From Megasphaera elsdenii DSM 20460 (lineage in GTDB: Bacteria; Bacillota; Negativicutes; Veillonellales; Megasphaeraceae), in contig NZ_CP027570.1 in assembly GCF_003010495.1 (NCBI RefSeq), positions 1,560,001 to 1,592,000 of the forward strand: a DNA stretch of 32,000 nt, read 5' to 3'. Position 1 is the first letter of the stretch. Each line of letters opens with the position of its first letter. Under the pieces are notes generated by a model. It ran no database searches, had not been told where the DNA came from, and worked only from the letters and a program-made list of their open reading frames with translations. The position numbers and the translations under genes are program-made. Shown one piece after another: positions 26,380 through 32,000 of the stretch.

Positions 26380-28989
26380 ATGAAGTACATGACGGGTAAT
26401 GAAATCCGCAAAGCTTATTTACAATTCTTTAAGAGCAAGGAGCATTTGATCCTGCACAGCTTTCCGCTCATTCCGGAAAACGACCCGAGCCTGCTCCTCA
26501 TCGGCGCCGGCATGGCACCGCTCAAGCCGTATTTCACGGGGAAGCTCGTACCGCCGTCGTACCGCGTCACGACCAGCCAGAAGTGCATCCGCACCGACGA
26601 TATCGACAACGTAGGCCGTACAGCCCGTCACCATACGTTCTTTGAAATGCTGGGCAACTTCTCGTTCGGCAATTATTTCAAGAAAGAAGCCATTTCCTGG
26701 GCCTGGGAATTTCTGACCAAGGTCTTGGAACTGGATACGGACAAATTGTATGTCACCATTTATCCTGACGATAAAGAAGCCTATGATTACTGGCATAATA
26801 TGATCGGCCTGGCTGATGAACGGATTTTCAAATTCGACGATAACTTCTGGGAAATCGGCGAAGGCCCGTGCGGTCCGGACAGCGAAATCTTCTATGACCT
26901 CGGCCCGGAACGGGGCTGTGGCAAACCGACATGCACTGTCGGCTGCGACTGCGACCGCTATCTGGAAATCTGGAATCTCGTCTTTACCCAGTACAACCGC
27001 ACCAAAGACGGCAAGTACGAACCGCTGGCCAAGAAGAACATCGATACGGGCTGCGGCCTGGAACGACTGGCTTCGGTCATCCAGCAGAAAGAATCGAACT
27101 TTGAAACGGATCTCATCTTCCCGATCATTGAAAAAGTTATCGCTATTTCCGGCGGCGATTACAGTGATCCCCGGCAGAAGATGGCCATGAAGGTCATTGC
27201 CGACCATATCCGTGCCATTACCTTCATGATTTCCGATGGTATCCTGCCGTCCAATGAAGGCCGCGGCTACGTCCTGCGCCGTATCCTGCGCCGTGCTGTC
27301 CGCTTCGGCCGTCTCCTGGGTATTCAGGACCTCTTCCTGGCAGGCCTCGTCGATACGGTCCTGGACATCCTCGGCGACGAATATCCGGAAACGCGGGAAC
27401 ACGAAGCCCTCATCAAACAGATCATCAATACTGAAGAAAAACAGTTCAGTGCTACCCTGGCACAGGGCATGGAACTGCTCAATGATATGATGGCCCATGT
27501 CGGTGACGACAAAGTCCTCACGGGGGCAGAAGTCTTCAAGCTCTATGATACGTATGGCTTCCCGATGGAACTGACTGAAGAAATCGCTGGCGAACAGGGC
27601 TTCAAAGTCGATAAAGACGGCTTCCAGGCAGCCATGAAGGAACAGCAGGACCGGGCCCGCGCTGCGCATACCAAGGTTTCGGCCAAAGTCGCTACGCCGG
27701 ATACGACGAAACTGGACCAGTCCAAACTGGTCAACGACGAAAGTGCTGTCAAAGCGACGATTGCCATGATTGGCAAGGACGGTGTCGAAATCAGCGAAGC
27801 CCGCGATGGCCAGGAAGTGACGATCATCCTCGATGACAACCCCTTCCATGCCGAAGGCGGCGGACAGCTCAGCGATACAGGCGTCCTCTGTGCGGCTGAA
27901 GGCAAGGCCAAGGTTACCGATGCCCAGGCTCTGCCGAATGGCTTGGTATACCTCATCGCTGAAATTACAGAAGGCGTTCTCCGTACCGGCGACGCCGTCG
28001 ATATTGCCGTCGATAAACAGCGCCATCTGAACCTGGCCCGCAACCACACGGCAACGCACCTCTTGCAGGCTGCCCTCCGCAAGGTACTGGGCAACCACGT
28101 CAATCAGGCCGGCTCCCTGGTCACGCCGGATCACCTGCGCTTCGACTTCACCCATTTCTCGCCGGTCACGCAGGCCGAATTGGATAAAATCGAAGCCCTG
28201 GTCAACGAAGAAATCCTCAAGAACGTCCCTGTTACCATCGAAGAAATGGCTCTGGATGCCGCTAAGGAAAAAGGCGCCATGGCCTTGTTCGGTGAAAAAT
28301 ATGGTGATGTCGTCCGCGTCGTCTCCGTCGACGACTTCAGCTGCGAACTCTGCGGCGGTTCTCATGTCGCCAATACGTCGGTCATCGGCTCCTTCCGCAT
28401 TACCAGCGAAACCGGTACGGGTTTCGGCGTACGCCGCATCGAAGCCGTCACCGGTCCGGCAGCCCTCAAGCTGGCCAAGGACGAATCGCAGGAACTGCAA
28501 CAGCTGGCAGGCCTCTTGAAAGCCAAAGTCGGCGACGCACCGGCTAAACTGGAAGCTCTCCTGGCCCAGTTGAAGGATACGGAAAAAGAATTGGCACAGC
28601 TCAAGAAAGACGCAGCCTTGTCCGATATGGACAGCATCTTGGCAGCGAAGGAAGACATCGGCGGCGTCCCCGTCGTCGCAGCTTCGGCTCAGGCTGATTC
28701 CATGGACAACCTGCGCGATTTGGCCGATACCGTCCTGGATAAACTCGGCAGCGGCGTCGTCCTCCTGGGCATGACCCATGGTGACAAAGTCAACTTCGTC
28801 TGCAAAGTCGCCAAGGGCGATACGAAAAAAGGACTCCATGCCGGCAAGATCATCAAAGCAGCGGCTCAGGCTGCTGGTGGCAACGGCGGCGGCCGTCCCG
28901 ACATGGCTCAGGCTGGCGGCAAAGAACCGGAAAAATTGGCAGAAGCCCTGAAAGCCGGCGTCCAGGCCGTAAGCGATATTTTAGCATAG
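26380..28989 (+). CDS. alaS: Alanine--tRNA ligase
   Basis: 869 aa with HHTFFEMLGNFSFGNYFK, the editing-domain motifs HTATHLL and CGGSHV, and a C-terminal DHHA1-like region. Confidence 0.96.
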   Translation: MKYMTGNEIRKAYLQFFKSKEHLILHSFPLIPENDPSLLLIGAGMAPLKPYFTGKLVPPSYRVTTSQKCIRTDDIDNVGRTARHHTFFEMLGNFSFGNYFKKEAISWAWEFLTKVLELDTDKLYVTIYPDDKEAYDYWHNMIGLADERIFKFDDNFWEIGEGPCGPDSEIFYDLGPERGCGKPTCTVGCDCDRYLEIWNLVFTQYNRTKDGKYEPLAKKNIDTGCGLERLASVIQQKESNFETDLIFPIIEKVIAISGGDYSDPRQKMAMKVIADHIRAITFMISDGILPSNEGRGYVLRRILRRAVRFGRLLGIQDLFLAGLVDTVLDILGDEYPETREHEALIKQIINTEEKQFSATLAQGMELLNDMMAHVGDDKVLTGAEVFKLYDTYGFPMELTEEIAGEQGFKVDKDGFQAAMKEQQDRARAAHTKVSAKVATPDTTKLDQSKLVNDESAVKATIAMIGKDGVEISEARDGQEVTIILDDNPFHAEGGGQLSDTGVLCAAEGKAKVTDAQALPNGLVYLIAEITEGVLRTGDAVDIAVDKQRHLNLARNHTATHLLQAALRKVLGNHVNQAGSLVTPDHLRFDFTHFSPVTQAELDKIEALVNEEILKNVPVTIEEMALDAAKEKGAMALFGEKYGDVVRVVSVDDFSCELCGGSHVANTSVIGSFRITSETGTGFGVRRIEAVTGPAALKLAKDESQELQQLAGLLKAKVGDAPAKLEALLAQLKDTEKELAQLKKDAALSDMDSILAAKEDIGGVPVVAASAQADSMDNLRDLADTVLDKLGSGVVLLGMTHGDKVNFVCKVAKGDTKKGLHAGKIIKAAAQAAGGNGGGRPDMAQAGGKEPEKLAEALKAGVQAVSDILA

Positions 28990-29035
28990 ATTTTTGGCAG
29001 TCATGCCAATCGAATAAAAAAGGATGTGAGTGAAC

Positions 29036-29296
29036 ATGGCAGTAAGCGACGAAACGATGATTATGCAAAACCGAAGTGAAGAAAAGACCGTTGCATCCAT
29101 GATTCTGGAAGATGTGTACCATGCATTGGAAGAAAAAGGATACAACCCGATTAATCAGATCGTAGGCTATCTCCTGTCCGGTGACCCGACGTACATCACG
29201 AGCCACAACAATGCTCGCAGCAATATCCGGCGCATCGAACGGGATGAGCTCATCGAAGAATTGGTCCGTTCGTACGTCAAACAGCACAATTTATAG
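29036..29296 (+). CDS. IreB-family regulatory phosphoprotein (UPF0297/DUF965)
   Basis: [27 protein letters not shown] is the family signature. The alaS-UPF0297-ruvX-DUF1292 order is conserved in Firmicutes. GTG 29030 is an alternative start. Confidence 0.85.
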   Translation: MAVSDETMIMQNRSEEKTVASMILEDVYHALEEKGYNPINQIVGYLLSGDPTYITSHNNARSNIRRIERDELIEELVRSYVKQHNL

Positions 29297-29303
29297 GAGA
29301 CAT

Positions 29304-29720
29304 ATGAGAATTTTAGGACTCGATGTCGGTTCCAAGACCATCGGCGTTGCCTGCAGCGATGCCTTGCTGATTACGGCACAGGGCGTAGAAACGATCCGCC
29401 GTCAATCCGATGAAGCAGACTTTGCTCGTCTGCGCGAACTGATCAAAGAAAAAGAAGTACATCGCATCGTCGTAGGCAAACCGCGTCATATGAACGGTGA
29501 CTACAGCGAGAATATGAAGAAAATCGAAGAATTCGTCGAACGATTCCAGCAAACCGTCCCGGATATAGACATTGTCTATTGGGATGAACGCCTGACGACC
29601 GTCATGGCCCAGAATGTATTGAAGGAAGGCAATGTGCGCCGCGAAAAGCGCAAGAAGTTTGTCGATAAAATGGCAGCCATCCTCATTTTACAGAATTATT
29701 TAGACGCTCAATCTCATTAA
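29304..29720 (+). CDS. ruvX: Putative pre-16S rRNA nuclease / Holliday junction resolvase-like YqgF
   Basis: MRILGLDVGSKTIGVACSD at the N-terminus; 138 aa. AGGAG lies 5 nt before ATG 29304. The track ORF starts further upstream in the same frame. Confidence 0.9.
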   Translation: MRILGLDVGSKTIGVACSDALLITAQGVETIRRQSDEADFARLRELIKEKEVHRIVVGKPRHMNGDYSENMKKIEEFVERFQQTVPDIDIVYWDERLTTVMAQNVLKEGNVRREKRKKFVDKMAAILILQNYLDAQSH

Positions 29721-29731
29721 GGAGGACTATT

Positions 29732-30004
29732 ATGTCGGAAGAAATGAACAACGAATTAGAAGAAGTCATCATCGTAACCGCAACTGATGACGAAGGCAAC
29801 GAAGTGGAATATCAGGAAGTGCAGCGCATCTCCCTCGATGGCAACGTATTCGCCCTGCTCGTCGAAGTCACAGAAGACGAAGAAGGCGGTGATGCTATCA
29901 TAGCCCGCGTTGACCAGGAAGATGGTGAAGACGTCTACGTCGCACCGACGGACGAAGAATTTGAAGCAGCCAATGCAAAATTCGATGAACTCTTAGATGA
30001 ATAA
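29732..30004 (+). CDS. DUF1292 (UPF0473) acidic small protein
   Basis: 90 aa and highly acidic, with the patterns ...DDEGNEVEY...FALL... and ...EEFE.... It occupies the conserved position after ruvX. RBS AAGGAGGA. Confidence 0.8.
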   Translation: MSEEMNNELEEVIIVTATDDEGNEVEYQEVQRISLDGNVFALLVEVTEDEEGGDAIIARVDQEDGEDVYVAPTDEEFEAANAKFDELLDE

Positions 30005-30010
30005 GTGACT

Positions 30011-30064
30011 GGAGAGAGCGTCACAGGAAGGCTTCTGTCGTCATGTGATGCTCCTTTCTTTATT
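30011..30064 (+). terminator. Possible first terminator hairpin after the DUF1292 gene
   Basis: GGAG(agag)CGTCACA ... TGTGATGCTCC gives 11 bp with a 4-nt bulge, followed by TTTCTTTATT. The U tract is interrupted. Confidence 0.35.
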
Positions 30065-30150
30065 GTTTGTAGTACGGAGTTTGTAGTTTGTAGAAGAGGG
30101 CTTAAATTTAGAGCCATCTACTAGCCACTAACTGCTAACAACTAACTACT
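30064..30150 (+). repeat. Heptad-arm palindromic element, copy C
   Basis: Left arm: GTTTGTA GTACGGA GTTTGTA GTTTGTA GAAGAGG. Core: GGCTTAAATTTAGAGCCATC. Right arm: CACTAAC TGCTAAC AACTAAC. By hand, the outer helix has 17 Watson-Crick plus 1 G-T pairs over 25 positions, and there is also a core-proximal helix. Confidence 0.65.
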
Positions 30151-30151
30151 T

Positions 30152-30183
30152 AAAAGGCGCTGTCTTCGTAGACGGCGCCTTTT
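30152..30183 (+). terminator. Rho-independent terminator
   Basis: AAAAGGCGCTGTC-TTCGTA-GACGGCGCC followed by TTTT. Confidence 0.8.
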
Positions 30184-30199
30184 ATCATAAGGAGGCCCC

Positions 30200-31093
30200 A
30201 TGGATTTACCGTCGATACAGCAGCTGCGGAATTTCGTCATTTATGGGAAGTATGGGAACTTCACGACGGCTGCCAATGCTGCCAACATCACCCAGTCGGC
30301 TTTTAGTGCGCAGATGAAGAAATTGGAAGACCTCGTCGGCGTCCGCCTCATTGAACGCTCGAACAGGGGGAGTCATCTGACACCGGCCGGGAAGCTGTTC
30401 TATACGAAAATAGCCCGTATTTTGGGCGAATTGGAGGAGGCTATGAGCGAACTGCCAGGACGGATGGGGAAGACCCAGCCCCTGTCTGTAGGCATCATGC
30501 TGTCCTTAGGGGATGTCCACATGAACCGGCACCTGGCTTATTTCCAGGAACATCACAGCGGCGCTTCGTTCCGGGTCTATAACCTGGAAGTCCGGGAGAT
30601 GATCCAATGGCTGAAAGAAGATCGCCTGGATATTGTATCGCTCTTTTACTTGCCGGCGCTGCATCTGGAAGAGTATGAGAAGGTCTTCTTCGGCATCGAG
30701 AACCTCGTCTATTACGGGCCGAACCTCAAGTTGCCGGAACATGCCGTGACGCCGCAATATGTGGCGTCCCAGCCGTTGGCCCAGTATTCGCCCCAGTATG
30801 AGATGAATCGCTACATCAACCATTATTTCACGTCCCACGCCTGTCCGCCTCAGGAGACGCAGGCCTGGTTCTCGACGCCTTATGCCATGATGAACTACTG
30901 TCAGCAGAACCGCATCGGGGCTATCCTGCCGGAACGCTTCCTCCAGGCCATGGGCATTGCCAAAGGTTACTGTGAATTGGAACCGCCCCTGCGCCTTCCG
31001 TGTTATCTCGTGTATAAGAAAGACAACCCGAAATACGCGACGATCCAGGTTTTCGTCGATTATATCCGCCGCGTCTATCATATTAAAAAATAA
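30200..31093 (+). CDS. LysR-family transcriptional regulator
   Basis: N-terminal winged HTH (FTTAANAANITQSAFSAQMKKLEDLVGVRLIERSNRG) followed by a substrate-binding domain; 297 aa. RBS AAGGAGG. Confidence 0.88.
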   Translation: MDLPSIQQLRNFVIYGKYGNFTTAANAANITQSAFSAQMKKLEDLVGVRLIERSNRGSHLTPAGKLFYTKIARILGELEEAMSELPGRMGKTQPLSVGIMLSLGDVHMNRHLAYFQEHHSGASFRVYNLEVREMIQWLKEDRLDIVSLFYLPALHLEEYEKVFFGIENLVYYGPNLKLPEHAVTPQYVASQPLAQYSPQYEMNRYINHYFTSHACPPQETQAWFSTPYAMMNYCQQNRIGAILPERFLQAMGIAKGYCELEPPLRLPCYLVYKKDNPKYATIQVFVDYIRRVYHIKK

Positions 31094-31100
31094 TGATAAA

Positions 31101-31143
31101 GGTATCTGCCATCATATAAAACGATGGCAGGTATCTTTTTTTT
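31101..31143 (+). terminator. Rho-independent terminator after the LysR gene
   Basis: GGTATCTGCCATC-loop-GATGGCAGGTATC is a 13-bp stem with 2 G-T pairs, followed by T8. Confidence 0.85.
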
Positions 31144-31212
31144 GCGTTATACAAGACGGGAAAGAAGGTGTAGAATCTAGCTTGCAAATACGAAAGGAGC
31201 AGTGAATACACA

Positions 31213-32000
31213 ATGTCGAATCAATCACTTTGGAACAAAGATTTCCTTCTCGACACAGGTATCAATTTTGTAGTCTATCTTATTTATTACTTATTAATGG
31301 TCATCATCGCCGTCGTCGCCAAAGACCAATTGCACGCTTCCCTCGGTGAAGCCGGACTGGCTTCGGGCATCTTCATTGTCGGCACCCTGCTGGCACGCTT
31401 GCAGTTCGGCAAGGCTATTGAATTATACGGTCGCCGCAAGTCCTTATATGGCGGGATCCTCTTTTATTTCGTAACGACCTTATTATACTTTTATATCCCG
31501 AATCTCGCTATTCTCTATGGCATCCGCTTCCTCAACGGCATGGCCTATGGTATCGTCTCGACGGCGACCAATACGATCGTCGCTTCTTGCATTCCGGCAG
31601 AAAAACGGGGCGAAGGCATCAACTACTACGGCTTGAGCACCAGCCTGGCTGCCGCTGTCGGCCCCTTCCTGGGTATGTTCCTCATCGTCGTCACGAACTT
31701 CACCTTTATCATCACCCTCTGTGCCGTTCTCGTCGGCTTGTGCATGATTGGCTGCATCGCCCTCCATATCGACGAAATCACGCTTACGTCGGAACAGGTT
31801 GCCCGCATGAAAGCCATGACCCTCGACAATTACGTCGAATATCGCGTACTGATCATCTCCATCATCGGCTTCTTCATGGGCTTCGCTTATTCCAGCGTCC
31901 TGACATTCTTGGCCGCTTATGCTCGTGAAATCAACCTGGTCCAGGCCGGTACGTTCTTCTTCGTCGTCTATGCCGTTGTCATCACTATCACTCGTCCGAT
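31213..32000 (+). CDS. MFS transporter (drug/H+ antiporter-like), 3' end outside the window
   Basis: Frame 1 is open from ATG 31213 to the window edge; it is not in the ORF track because there is no stop. It has consecutive hydrophobic helices and MFS motif A GKAIELYGRRK. AAAGGAG lies upstream. Confidence 0.8.
   Translation, partial: MSNQSLWNKDFLLDTGINFVVYLIYYLLMVIIAVVAKDQLHASLGEAGLASGIFIVGTLLARLQFGKAIELYGRRKSLYGGILFYFVTTLLYFYIPNLAILYGIRFLNGMAYGIVSTATNTIVASCIPAEKRGEGINYYGLSTSLAAAVGPFLGMFLIVVTNFTFIITLCAVLVGLCMIGCIALHIDEITLTSEQVARMKAMTLDNYVEYRVLIISIIGFFMGFAYSSVLTFLAAYAREINLVQAGTFFFVVYAVVITITRP

Noticed and set aside
26419-28839. 806-aa minus-strand ORF antisense to alaS. Similar cases are 14988-16283 and 16329-17234 (pheT), 17606-19018 (tig), 19563-20885 (clpX) and 21966-22955 (lon).
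   Set aside because: Same reasoning. Each mirrors a gene with unambiguous catalytic motifs on the + strand. The translated products are repetitive mirror-composition sequences, for example the F/D/E-rich one opposite tig.
31483-31928. Short ORFs 31483-31767 (-), 31587-31928 (+) and 31626-31829 (-).
   Set aside because: All lie inside the frame-1 MFS transporter reading frame, which is open from 31213 to the window end and has clear TM-helix periodicity and motif A.

Overview
This 32-kb window is a co-directional block of housekeeping genes. Every credible CDS is on the + strand. The gene mix suggests a diderm Firmicute (Negativicutes, possibly Veillonellaceae/Megasphaera-like; this is inference only). 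Firmicute hallmarks are a Phe T-box leader, tig-clpP-clpX-lon-engB and alaS-ireB-ruvX-DUF1292. They sit beside a Gram-negative-style dcw order (murG-murC-ddl-ftsQ-ftsZ), an ADP-heptose/LPS inner-core operon (hldE-hldD-gmhB plus two GT9 heptosyltransferases) and a small outer-membrane beta-barrel protein. Other genes are nrdR, two hotdog thioesterases plus an acyl-CoA dehydrogenase, pheST, a thioredoxin-like protein, a GT2 polyprenol-phosphate glycosyltransferase, an NlpC/P60 hydrolase, a LysR regulator and a truncated MFS transporter. I found no defence, phage or transposase genes and no CRISPR array. The unexplained signal is non-coding. (1) A composite intergenic module of about 125 bp occurs four times, at 11388-11530, 17408-17530, 23900-24011 and 30064-30183. 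Each copy has a long imperfect hairpin whose arms are arrays of 7-nt-periodic GTTNNNN / NNNNAAC units, a conserved TTTTAAATTT-type core, and a related GCTGTC...GACAGC intrinsic terminator. (2) An orphan structured RNA of about 250 nt (11178-11435) has its own near-consensus promoter and a strong terminator, and I cannot assign it to a family by eye. The long antisense ORFs in the track are shadow ORFs of the + strand genes.
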